DNA of 64,000 nucleotides from Gemmatimonas sp. (GTDB taxonomy: Bacteria > Gemmatimonadota > Gemmatimonadetes > Gemmatimonadales > Gemmatimonadaceae): assembly GCA_965279375.1 (NCBI GenBank), contig OZ257156.1:3488001-3552000 (forward strand). Reading direction: 5' to 3'. The notes under the pieces were generated by a model. The model was not told the origin of the DNA. It did not search any database and saw only the letters and a program-made list of their open reading frames with translations. This document shows positions 30,181 to 38,638 of this stretch, piece by piece. The position numbers were made by a program, and so were the translations under genes. How positions within the stretch are numbered: the stretch's first letter is position 1; each line of letters begins with the position of its first letter.

Positions 30181-31223
30181 TTGCCTCGCTCGCGATGGTG
30201 GCGGGCCTGGCTTTCACCGCGATGTCTCAAGAGCCGATCGCCTTGCGCGGCGGCGTCCAGCTGAGTCGTGGCCGCTTTACCGTAGTGGCCGACCAGCGCG
30301 ATGCGCGACTCGCACAGTCGCTGCTCAATTCCGCGCTCGCGCAGGACAGCTTTCCGGGGCTGCCGCGCCCCAAGGCTCAAGTCCTGATCGGCGTCGCGCC
30401 CAACGCGGCGCGCTTTCGCTCCTGGGTGGGACCCAACGCGCCAGAGTGGGGCGCTGCCATCGCGTTCCCTTCGCAGCAGCGCATCGTGATGCAGGGCAGT
30501 GGAGCCGGGAGCGACGCGGGCGATCCACTGGTGGTGCTGCGCCACGAACTGGCGCATCTGGCGCTGCACGAGGCGCTGGGCCCTCTGCCGCCGCGCTGGT
30601 TCGACGAGGGCTACGCCAGTGTGAGTGCGCGTGAGTGGAGCCGAGAGCGCACCATCGAGACGTCGAGCGGGATGGTGTTCAAGTCGCTCCCCAATCTTGA
30701 GGCACTCGAAGAGGGCTTCGCGGGGCACGAAGGCGAGGCGAACTGGAGCTATGCGCTGGCCTATCGCGCCGTGGATGAGCTGGCTGCACTCGATTCCCGC
30801 AACGGCCTGACGAATTTTTTCGCCGAGTGGAAACGCTCAGGGACGTTCGAGCGGGCAGTGCGTAGCGCGTACGGGATGACGGGCGAGCAGTTCGACAAGC
30901 ACTGGCGCACGCAGACTCGGCGCCGGTACGGTGCGCTGGCCGTGCTGACGGATGCGTCCGCGGCCATCGGGTTCTTTGGGCTGCTGCTGGGGCCGCTGTT
31001 CTGGATGCGTTGGCGTCGGGACCGCCGCCGGCTGGAGGCGATGCGGGTGGCGGATCGAGCGCAGGAGCGCGCGGCGCGGGAGAGCGCGCTGGAGGCGATT
31101 TTGGCCGGTGAGACCGGTGACCAACCGGTGGGTTCGACGAGTTCGGTGAGTGAAGGCACGTCGGCGGAGGGACCGTCGGCGGAGGCCGGGTCGGCGCCTT
31201 CGAGCACGCCAATTTCCCACTGA
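30111..31223 (+). CDS. Exported/membrane HEXXH metallopeptidase (peptidase MA-like)
   Basis: LRHELAH and PRWFDEGYA gluzincin pattern, N-terminal hydrophobic signal, C-terminal TM helix; start uncertain (30111 or 30195). Confidence 0.75.
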   Translation: MGKALRRNAGVGRSWGGSAARRVVASLAMVAGLAFTAMSQEPIALRGGVQLSRGRFTVVADQRDARLAQSLLNSALAQDSFPGLPRPKAQVLIGVAPNAARFRSWVGPNAPEWGAAIAFPSQQRIVMQGSGAGSDAGDPLVVLRHELAHLALHEALGPLPPRWFDEGYASVSAREWSRERTIETSSGMVFKSLPNLEALEEGFAGHEGEANWSYALAYRAVDELAALDSRNGLTNFFAEWKRSGTFERAVRSAYGMTGEQFDKHWRTQTRRRYGALAVLTDASAAIGFFGLLLGPLFWMRWRRDRRRLEAMRVADRAQERAARESALEAILAGETGDQPVGSTSSVSEGTSAEGPSAEAGSAPSSTPISH

Positions 31224-31272
31224 TCCTGCGCTGCCCTTGTTGGGGTGGGGGCGGGTCGGGTATCCTCCCTCC

Positions 31273-31443
31273 ATGACCTCTTCCGAAAAGAACCGCTCGC
31301 GCGCTTTCCTGTACTGGGGCGCCGCTGCAGCCGCGATGGTTGGCGGCTACGTCGATCTGGCGCGCGGCGGCGAAACCGTTGCGCCCATTTTGCTCGTGGT
31401 GGGGTATGTCGTTCTGGTACCGCTGGCCATCTTGAAGGGATAG
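31273..31443 (+). CDS. Small two-TM membrane protein (DUF3098-like)
   Basis: MTSSEKNRSRAFLYWGAAAAAMVGGYVDLARGGETVAPILLVVGYVVLVPLAILKG; TATCCT hexamer 6 nt before ATG. Confidence 0.65.
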   Translation: MTSSEKNRSRAFLYWGAAAAAMVGGYVDLARGGETVAPILLVVGYVVLVPLAILKG

Positions 31444-31462
31444 GCTGCGCGGTACCCGGTCC

Positions 31463-31536
31463 GGGCGAATAGCTCAGTTGGTTAGAGCGCCTGTCTTACA
31501 CACAGGATGTCGGGGGTTCGAGTCCCTCTTCGCCCA
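31463..31536 (+). tRNA. tRNA-Val (anticodon TAC)
   Basis: Cloverleaf: GGGCGAA/TTCGCCC acceptor stem, GCTC/GAGC D stem, CCTGT-CTTACAC-ACAGG anticodon arm, GTTCGAGTC T loop; CCA not encoded. Confidence 0.97.
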
Positions 31537-31735
31537 TCCGGTCACACTCTCTGGCGGAGAACGTCTTGCGATGATTTCCGGCGGGAAGCAAGTTCTGTCT
31601 TCGTCCTCGAGTTCCCTCGACTCGCGTGGCTTTCGCACGGCCACCGAGTTGTATTCGCCCCCGACAGCACATCGCGCCGCCGCGCTGTGGACTTGTCGGT
31701 CACTACGGCTCCTCTGTGCGGAGGTTACGACATTG

Positions 31736-33439
31736 ATGTCACGGAATTTCCAGGCGCTGTCTGGGATCGGTCTCGCGCTCGGCGGCATCGTGCTGACGCC
31801 AACGCTGGCGTCCGCGCAGTACAACCGCGTGCCGGATCCCAACGCAATTCGCGTCATGGTCTCGGTCTTCAAGGCCGGGGAGAAAGGACTCGGCGTGCAG
31901 GCGGCTGATGCCGTCCGCTCGCACATGACCTCAGAATTTCCGTTCAAGCAGGTGTATGTCCTGCCCAAGCAGGACATCAATGCGACCCTCGAGGCGTCGG
32001 GCTTCCCGACGGCCGACGCGCTGCAGCCGCACGATGCGCGTGCCCTCGCCAATCTGCTCCGCGCCGACGAGTACGTGACCGGCTCGGCGACGAAGACGGC
32101 GACGGGTTACAAGGTCGAGGGCGCCCTGGTGCTGGCCCGAGACAATGCGCTGGTGCAGCCGCTCGGCAGCTATGACGCCGCCAAGGTGGACCAGGCGGCC
32201 GGCATGGTGTCCAAGGAACTCAAGGAAGCGCGCAAGCAGCTCGAGTTCGAAAAGAAGTGCATCAACGCGGCGCGCGATAACAAGTTCGATGCAGCCATCG
32301 GTTTCGCCAAGGAAGGCATCACGGCGTACCCGAAGGCGACGCTGGCGCGCATTTGCCTCGCGAACGTGCTGGTGTCGCAGAAGGCGTCCAATGACGAGCA
32401 GCTCAAGATCGCCCGCGAGATCGTCGCGATCGATCCGCGCAGCCGTCCGGGCCTCGCGCTGCTGGCCACCGCGTATCGCGCGGCCAACCAGCCGGACTCG
32501 TCGGTACTCGCACTGACCGCGCTGCTCGCCACCGACCCGTCGAACCCGCGTCTCCAGAAGGACGTCATCGACGCCGTGGCCAGCATGGCCAACCCGGCGG
32601 CCGCGCGCCCGATCATCGATTCGGCCGTTGCGCTCAACCCGGGCGACCCGGAGTTGCTTGCGCTTCGCTGGAAGATCCTCGGCGCGGTGAAGGACTACAA
32701 GGCGATGTTCGTGCAGGGTGAGGAACTGGTCAAGCTCGATACCTCGCTGGCCGACACCACCTACTTCATCCGCACCACGGCGGCCTACGCTGCCGATAGC
32801 CAGCAGCAGAAGTCGGCGGAGTTCGCGGCCAAGGGCTTGGTCAAGTTCCCGAACCAGCCGACGCTCACGTTCCAGCAGATCATCGCACTGCGCGCCGCCG
32901 GACAGGGGCAGCAGGCACTGGAAGCACTGACCAAGGCCCTCGGCGCCAAGGTCCCCGTCGAGAACGGCGCGTTCCTCCGCCTCACGCTGCTCAAGGATCT
33001 GAACCGCAACGACGAAATCGTGCCGGCGGCACGCGACCTCGTTGTGGCGGGCGATACCAGCACGACGATCCGTCAGATGGTCGTCGGTATCGGACAGCAG
33101 CAGAGCAACGCGGCTGCCAAGAGCGGAAGCGCGGACGATTACGCGTTGGCTATCAAGACGCTGCTCTATGCCGACTCGATCTCCAAGGGGCAGACCAAGC
33201 AGCAGGCTGGCTTCCTCCTCGGCTCCACGTACGTGCGCTTCGCGCAGGTGAAGCTCCAGGCGGCGCAGGCTGGCAAGTCCTGCCCGCTCGCCAAGGAAGC
33301 GAAGGACATGATCGTCAACGCGCAGATCGAACTGCCGAAGGGCGGCCAGCTCTACGCCGACACGATGCGCCAACTCATGGGCGCGGCGATGCAGCTGGAC
33401 ACCGGCGCTGATGGGTTGATCAAGGCGTACTGCAAGTAA
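31736..33439 (+). CDS. Exported TPR-like helical-repeat protein
   Basis: Signal peptide ending ASA|QY, GGAGG RBS, TPR-like helical repeats, strong codon bias. Confidence 0.8.
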   Translation: MSRNFQALSGIGLALGGIVLTPTLASAQYNRVPDPNAIRVMVSVFKAGEKGLGVQAADAVRSHMTSEFPFKQVYVLPKQDINATLEASGFPTADALQPHDARALANLLRADEYVTGSATKTATGYKVEGALVLARDNALVQPLGSYDAAKVDQAAGMVSKELKEARKQLEFEKKCINAARDNKFDAAIGFAKEGITAYPKATLARICLANVLVSQKASNDEQLKIAREIVAIDPRSRPGLALLATAYRAANQPDSSVLALTALLATDPSNPRLQKDVIDAVASMANPAAARPIIDSAVALNPGDPELLALRWKILGAVKDYKAMFVQGEELVKLDTSLADTTYFIRTTAAYAADSQQQKSAEFAAKGLVKFPNQPTLTFQQIIALRAAGQGQQALEALTKALGAKVPVENGAFLRLTLLKDLNRNDEIVPAARDLVVAGDTSTTIRQMVVGIGQQQSNAAAKSGSADDYALAIKTLLYADSISKGQTKQQAGFLLGSTYVRFAQVKLQAAQAGKSCPLAKEAKDMIVNAQIELPKGGQLYADTMRQLMGAAMQLDTGADGLIKAYCK

Positions 33440-33462
33440 CGCCAGCTCTTCTCTCGCTGGTC

Positions 33463-33498
33463 CGCGAGCCCGCCGTCGCCTGCGACGGCGGGCTCGCG
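33463..33498 (+). terminator. Stem-loop / probable terminator
   Basis: 17-bp inverted repeat CGCGAGCCCGCCGTCGC / GCGACGGCGGGCTCGCG just after the stop codon; weak U tract. Confidence 0.7.
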
Positions 33499-33610
33499 TG
33501 CATTTACCCATCGTCCGCTCTGCTTCGGTGTGTACGAGGACATCACGCGAGCGGTATCACATCCTGTTTCGCTTCGCAGTAATGCACACTCTCTCTCGAC
33601 GGAACGACGC

Positions 33611-33640
33611 TTGACGCTCCTCTGCACAACTCGATAACAT
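33611..33640 (+). promoter_or_regulatory. Putative sigma70 promoter of the dcw cluster
   Basis: TTGACG-N18-TAACAT upstream of rsmH. Confidence 0.55.
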
Positions 33641-33655
33641 GCCGAGCCCAAACCC

Positions 33656-34612
33656 TTGGCTGTGAGCCCGGTCCGTTCTATCCCATCCGGGCGCGTCGGC
33701 GCCTACCACGTTCCCGTTCTCCTCGCGGAAGTCGAGGCGCTCCTCGAGCGCGCCTCGACCGTGCTCGACTGCACGCTCGGCGGCGGCGGTCACACAGCGG
33801 CCCTGCTCGAACGCGGCAGCCGCGTCACCGGCATCGACCGTGACCCGCGCGCGTTGGCGTCTGCGCGCGAGCGATTGGCCGACTACGAACGCGCCGGCCA
33901 GTTCCGCGCCATTCTCGCCAACTACTCCGCGCTCGACAGCAGCGTGTTGGCCTACAGTGAACACTTCGACGGCATCCTGCTCGATCTGGGTGTTTCGTCG
34001 CACCAGTTCGACGATCTGGCGCGCGGCTTCACCTTCCGTGAGGGCGCGCCGCTCGACATGCGCATGGGCGACGACGCGGACGTCGATGCGGGCGAGTTGC
34101 TCAACACCATTGACGAAGTGGACCTCTCTGCGTTGCTGCGCGCGTACGCCGACGAACCGCGCGCCGCACGTCTCGCTCGCGAGATCATTCGTCGCCGCGA
34201 ACGTCGTCCGTTTGCAACGGCAGATGATCTGGTGGATGCAATTCGCGCCGTGCTCGGACCGCGCAGTGGCGCGCCCGACTTTGCTCGCATCTTTCAGGCG
34301 GTGCGTATTGCGGTGAACGACGAATTGGCGGGGCTCGAGCGTGCGCTGCCCTTGCTGCGCGATCGGCTGACGCCCGGAGGTGTGTTGGCCATCATCAGCT
34401 ATCACTCGGGCGAGGATCGGTTGGTGAAGAACGCGTTTCGCGACTGGAGCGCGAGCTGCACCTGTCCGCCCAAGCAGGTCATGTGCACCTGCCGTGGCGA
34501 GCCACTCGGGGAGACCCTGACCAAGCGGCCCATCAACGCGACGGAGAGCGAGGTGGAAGTGAATCCGCGCTCGCGCAGTGCGCGCCTGCGCGCCTGGCGA
34601 CGCGTCGGCTGA
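33656..34612 (+). CDS. rsmH: 16S rRNA m4C1402 methyltransferase RsmH (MraW)
   Basis: HVPVLL, DCTLGGGGH, DLGVSSHQ, PLDMRM, FQAVRIAVNDEL, NPRSRSARLR. Confidence 0.96.
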   Translation: MAVSPVRSIPSGRVGAYHVPVLLAEVEALLERASTVLDCTLGGGGHTAALLERGSRVTGIDRDPRALASARERLADYERAGQFRAILANYSALDSSVLAYSEHFDGILLDLGVSSHQFDDLARGFTFREGAPLDMRMGDDADVDAGELLNTIDEVDLSALLRAYADEPRAARLAREIIRRRERRPFATADDLVDAIRAVLGPRSGAPDFARIFQAVRIAVNDELAGLERALPLLRDRLTPGGVLAIISYHSGEDRLVKNAFRDWSASCTCPPKQVMCTCRGEPLGETLTKRPINATESEVEVNPRSRSARLRAWRRVG

Positions 34613-34926
34613 TGGCTACTTCCCGTCGCAAGAGCAGTGGTCCCCTGCGTGGTCGCACGCGCGTCGCGCTCGGCCTCCTGTGCTTCATGACCGTGGCGGG
34701 CGTGGTCATCTGGCGACGGAGCGCAGGGAACGCACTCACACGACAAGCGTCTGAGCTAGAGCGTGAACTGCGCTTGATCAAGTCCGATCGATTGGTCATC
34801 GAGCGGAAGATCGACAGCGCGATGAGTCGTCAGGCGGTCGTGCCGGCCGCGGAGCGTCGACTGGGGATGCATGTTGCGCCGGACGTGCAGACGCGCGCGC
34901 TCGTGGATACGGCGGGGGCTCGTTGA
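34612..34926 (+). CDS. ftsL: Cell division protein FtsL (probable)
   Basis: Basic N-terminus, one TM helix, coiled coil, AERRLGM; lies between rsmH and ftsI. Confidence 0.75.
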   Translation: MATSRRKSSGPLRGRTRVALGLLCFMTVAGVVIWRRSAGNALTRQASELERELRLIKSDRLVIERKIDSAMSRQAVVPAAERRLGMHVAPDVQTRALVDTAGAR

Positions 34927-37082
34927 ACACGTCGCCGAGCGGAGGAATGCGTATGGGAGGCAACGCGTCGGCGCCCAAGCCGTTCGAGGAGGCGGCCACC
35001 GTTGGCTCTCCGCTGGTCAATCGTATGCGTTCGAGCATTACGCATGCGTCGCTGGTGCTCTTTGCGCTCGCGCTGCTGGCGCGGTCGGTGCAGGTGCAGC
35101 TGGTCAATCGCGGCATGTGGGCGGAGCTCGCGGCTTCGCACGTCGATCGTGCCGACGTGGCCCCGCTGCGTGGCGCCATTCTGGACGCGAACGGTGACAT
35201 CCTCGTGGAGTCGCGCGAACTGGTGAGTTTTGGCCTCGACCCGCGCGGCCTCGACTCCACCAAGCAGTACGGCGATGCGCGCATCGTGCTGCGGCGTGGG
35301 CTGACCGCGTTGGGTGTGCGTGAAAAGTTGGTGAAACAGGCGCTCGATACCACCAGAAAGTGGGTGGCGATTCCTGGACTGTACGCGCCGAGCGATGTGC
35401 GCGAGCTGGTGCAGCTGCGGGCCGTGCGATCCGAGCGTGTGCTCAAGCGGTTTGTGCGCGCGCCGATCGGCATTCAGCGAATCGTCGGTACCGTGAGCAG
35501 CGAGCAGAAACCGCAAGGCGGTCTCGAGCTCGAGGCAGATTCGTTGTTGCGCGGCGTCAGCGGTCGGGACGAGTTCGTGCTCGATCGTCGCGGACGTCGC
35601 ATCGTGTCGCCCGCCCTCGAACGCGTGTCGGCGCAGCCCGGGCACACGATCACGCTGACGCTCAACAGCACGCTGCAGCAGATCGCCGAACGTCAGCTCA
35701 AGCTCGCGATGGACAGCACCGGCGCGAGTGGCGGCGACGTGGTGATCATGAACCCGCAGGATGGGTCGGTGCTCGCGCTGGCTGGTGCGCGCGACGGCAA
35801 GCCGTCGGCGAATGCCACGGCGCTGACCGAGCCGTACGAGCCCGGGTCGGTGATGAAGCCGTTTCTAGTGGCGCGCCTGATCGATCGGAAGCTCACCACG
35901 CCCGACGAAGTGGTGAACACGGAAGGTGGCACCTGGCAGGTGGACAAGCGCGTCATCACCGACGAGCACAAGGCCGCGACGATGGCGGTTCGCGATGTCA
36001 TTCGGCTGTCGAGCAACATCGGCGTGGCCAAGCTGTCGGAGCGACTGTCACCGCGTGAGGAGTACGAGGAGCTGCGTGACTTCGGCTTTGGCACCTACAC
36101 GGGCGTGCCGTATCCGGCGGAGTCGCGCGGGCGCTTGCCCCGTCCGCTCAAGTCCGATGGATGGACCGCGCAGACGCGCGCGCAGTTGGCGATGGGATAC
36201 CAGATCACGGCCACCGCGATGCAGATCGCTGCGGCCTACTCGACATTCGCCAATGGCGGCGAGCTGCTGCAGCCGGCGCTGATCGGCGAAATCAAGGATG
36301 CGAATGGCGCCGTCGTGTTTCGTCACAAGCGGCGCGTGCTGCGTCGTGTGATGAGCGAGCAGACGGCGAACACGATGCGCACGATGCTCATGTCGGTGGT
36401 GGACAGCGGTACGGCCGTTGCCGCCGGGCTCGAGACGTATGACGTGGCCGGCAAGAGCGGCACGGCGCGACGTGTGGTCGGACGGCGCTACGGAGCCGGC
36501 ACCTACAGCGCGACTTTCGCGGCCATGTTTCCCGCGCAGGCGCCGCAGTACGTGATCGTGGCCAAGCTGATCGATCCGCAGGGCCGCAAGATCTTCGGTG
36601 GCGTGGTCTCCGGCGCGATGGTGCATGGCATTCTGCAGGACGCGCAGTCCACGCGCGACAATTCGCTCAATCGCCAGGAGCTGGCCAAGTACGCGAAGCC
36701 GCTCCCGATCCCCGTCGTGAAGCCGCGGTCTCCGCAGGCGATCGCGCAGGCGGCCAAGGATTCGGCGCGACTCGACTCGCTGCGCGCGCCTGCGCCGGCA
36801 CCCGCGCTGCCGCTTGCCGTCGCGGGACGCATCGTGGTGGATCTGCCGTACAAGGCGCCAACCGCCGCACAGCGCAGCGCAGATAGCGTGCGCGCACTCG
36901 CCGCGGTGCCAGCGCAGCCGGTACCCTCGGTCTTTGGCCTCAACGTTCGTCAGGCGGTACGCACGTTGTCCGCGGCCGGCTTTCAGGTTCGAATCGCCAA
37001 GGGGCCGGTTGGTCAGACTCTCCCCGCTGCGGGCGCGAGTGCGCGCGCGGGCAGCACCGTTCTCCTGTACGCAGATCCTTGA
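34923..37082 (+). CDS. ftsI: Septal transpeptidase PBP3/FtsI with C-terminal PASTA-like domain
   Basis: RGAILDANG, EPGSVMK (SxxK), SSN (SxN), KSGTA; start uncertain. Confidence 0.92.
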   Translation: MNTSPSGGMRMGGNASAPKPFEEAATVGSPLVNRMRSSITHASLVLFALALLARSVQVQLVNRGMWAELAASHVDRADVAPLRGAILDANGDILVESRELVSFGLDPRGLDSTKQYGDARIVLRRGLTALGVREKLVKQALDTTRKWVAIPGLYAPSDVRELVQLRAVRSERVLKRFVRAPIGIQRIVGTVSSEQKPQGGLELEADSLLRGVSGRDEFVLDRRGRRIVSPALERVSAQPGHTITLTLNSTLQQIAERQLKLAMDSTGASGGDVVIMNPQDGSVLALAGARDGKPSANATALTEPYEPGSVMKPFLVARLIDRKLTTPDEVVNTEGGTWQVDKRVITDEHKAATMAVRDVIRLSSNIGVAKLSERLSPREEYEELRDFGFGTYTGVPYPAESRGRLPRPLKSDGWTAQTRAQLAMGYQITATAMQIAAAYSTFANGGELLQPALIGEIKDANGAVVFRHKRRVLRRVMSEQTANTMRTMLMSVVDSGTAVAAGLETYDVAGKSGTARRVVGRRYGAGTYSATFAAMFPAQAPQYVIVAKLIDPQGRKIFGGVVSGAMVHGILQDAQSTRDNSLNRQELAKYAKPLPIPVVKPRSPQAIAQAAKDSARLDSLRAPAPAPALPLAVAGRIVVDLPYKAPTAAQRSADSVRALAAVPAQPVPSVFGLNVRQAVRTLSAAGFQVRIAKGPVGQTLPAAGASARAGSTVLLYADP

Positions 37083-38638
37083 TGACATCCGCGGATGCTT
37101 CGACGTCGGCGCCGCGTCCGGTCGCCGAGATTGTAGATGCGTTGCGAGACGCAGGGCTGCTGGTCTCGGCGAGCGACGGACTGCCGGAGACCATTTTGGA
37201 CATCGCCGACGACAGTCGCCGCGTGGTATCGGGTGGTGCGTTCGTCGCCGTGCGTGGTCATGCGCAGGACGGACACGATTGGTTGGAGAAAGCCGCGGCA
37301 TCCGGTGCGATCTGTGCGTTGGTCGAAGACGCCGGGCGCACGTCGCTGCCGTGTATCGTGGTGCGCGATGGACGACGTGCGGCGGCAGTTGCGGCGGCGG
37401 CGTTCCATCGGTGGCCGGCGCGCGAGCTCTCGATCCTTGGCGTCACCGGCACCAACGGTAAGACCACCACGGTGGGGCTGTTGCGTCATCTCTGCCATCG
37501 CGAGGATCGACCGGCGGCATCGATCGGGACGTTGGGCGTCCTGCTCGGCAGCGAGGGTGAACCGTTCCCGGGCGGCGGCGGACTAACGACGCCGGGGCCG
37601 GTGGAGCTGCAGCGGCTGTTGCGCGCGCTCGTCGATCGCGGCGTGCGCACGGTGGCGATGGAGGTCTCGTCGCACTCGCTGGATCAGCGACGCGTGGATG
37701 GTCTCGCGTTCGACGTAGCGGTGTTCACGAACCTCACGCGCGATCACCTGGACTACCACGGCACGATGGACGCCTACCGGAGCGCGAAGCTGCGACTGGT
37801 GGGGCTTCTGTCTCGCGAGGGCACGGCGCTCTTCAACGCGGACGACAGCGCGTGGCGCGGAGCACCGACGGCGCCGCGCACGCTGAGCTTTGGGGTGGAC
37901 AGTCCAGCCGACGTGATGGCGCGCGACGTCGTCTTCTCGCCGCAGGGAAGCCGGTTCCTGCTGGTGGCGCCCACCGGCGCGCTCCCGGTGGACTTACCGC
38001 TCATCGGCGACTTCAACGTGGCCAACGCTCTCGGCGCCGCTGCCGCCGCGTTGGCGCTCGGTGTTCCGCTTGCTGAAGTCGCTGAGCGGCTGTCGTCGGC
38101 GCCGCAGGTGCCGGGGCGACTGGAGCGATTGCACACCCTGCCGACCGTGCTGCGCGACTACGCGCACACGCCAGACGCGCTCGATCGCGCGCTGCGGGCG
38201 GTGCGTCCATTCACGGTTGTGAGCTCCATCGATCGAGCGTCGTCTACGGTAGGTCGTCTGATCGTGCTGTTTGGCTGCGGTGGTGATCGGGATCGTGGCA
38301 AACGTCCGGAGATGGGACGCATCGCTGAATCGCTTGCCGATGTGGTCATCGTCACCAGCGATAACCCGCGCACGGAAGATCCGGAGCGCATCCTCGACGA
38401 CATTGAAGCGGGCATGCAGCGCGACGAGCACGCGCGGTTTGTCGATCGGCGAGAGGCCATCGCGCACGCGATCTCCATCGCGCGGCAGCACGACGTCGTG
38501 CTCCTCGCCGGCAAGGGACACGAGACATACCAGATTCGTGGCACCACCTCGTTTCCGTTCGATGAGCGCGAGATCGTGGACGACATCTTTGCGGAGCTCG
38601 ACTCCGCAACATTTGAAAGTTTTCGGGTGACGCGATAA
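37082..38638 (+). CDS. murE: UDP-MurNAc-Ala-Glu diamino-acid ligase MurE
   Basis: GVTGTNGKTT, MEVSSH, TNLTRDHLDYH, DYAHTPD, DNPR, AGKGHE. Confidence 0.97.
   Translation: MTSADASTSAPRPVAEIVDALRDAGLLVSASDGLPETILDIADDSRRVVSGGAFVAVRGHAQDGHDWLEKAAASGAICALVEDAGRTSLPCIVVRDGRRAAAVAAAAFHRWPARELSILGVTGTNGKTTTVGLLRHLCHREDRPAASIGTLGVLLGSEGEPFPGGGGLTTPGPVELQRLLRALVDRGVRTVAMEVSSHSLDQRRVDGLAFDVAVFTNLTRDHLDYHGTMDAYRSAKLRLVGLLSREGTALFNADDSAWRGAPTAPRTLSFGVDSPADVMARDVVFSPQGSRFLLVAPTGALPVDLPLIGDFNVANALGAAAAALALGVPLAEVAERLSSAPQVPGRLERLHTLPTVLRDYAHTPDALDRALRAVRPFTVVSSIDRASSTVGRLIVLFGCGGDRDRGKRPEMGRIAESLADVVIVTSDNPRTEDPERILDDIEAGMQRDEHARFVDRREAIAHAISIARQHDVVLLAGKGHETYQIRGTTSFPFDEREIVDDIFAELDSATFESFRVTR

Noticed and set aside
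31463..31536. tRNA-Val as a genomic-island integration site
   Set aside because: No integrase, no duplicated tRNA 3' end noticed, and no compositional shift in flanking genes
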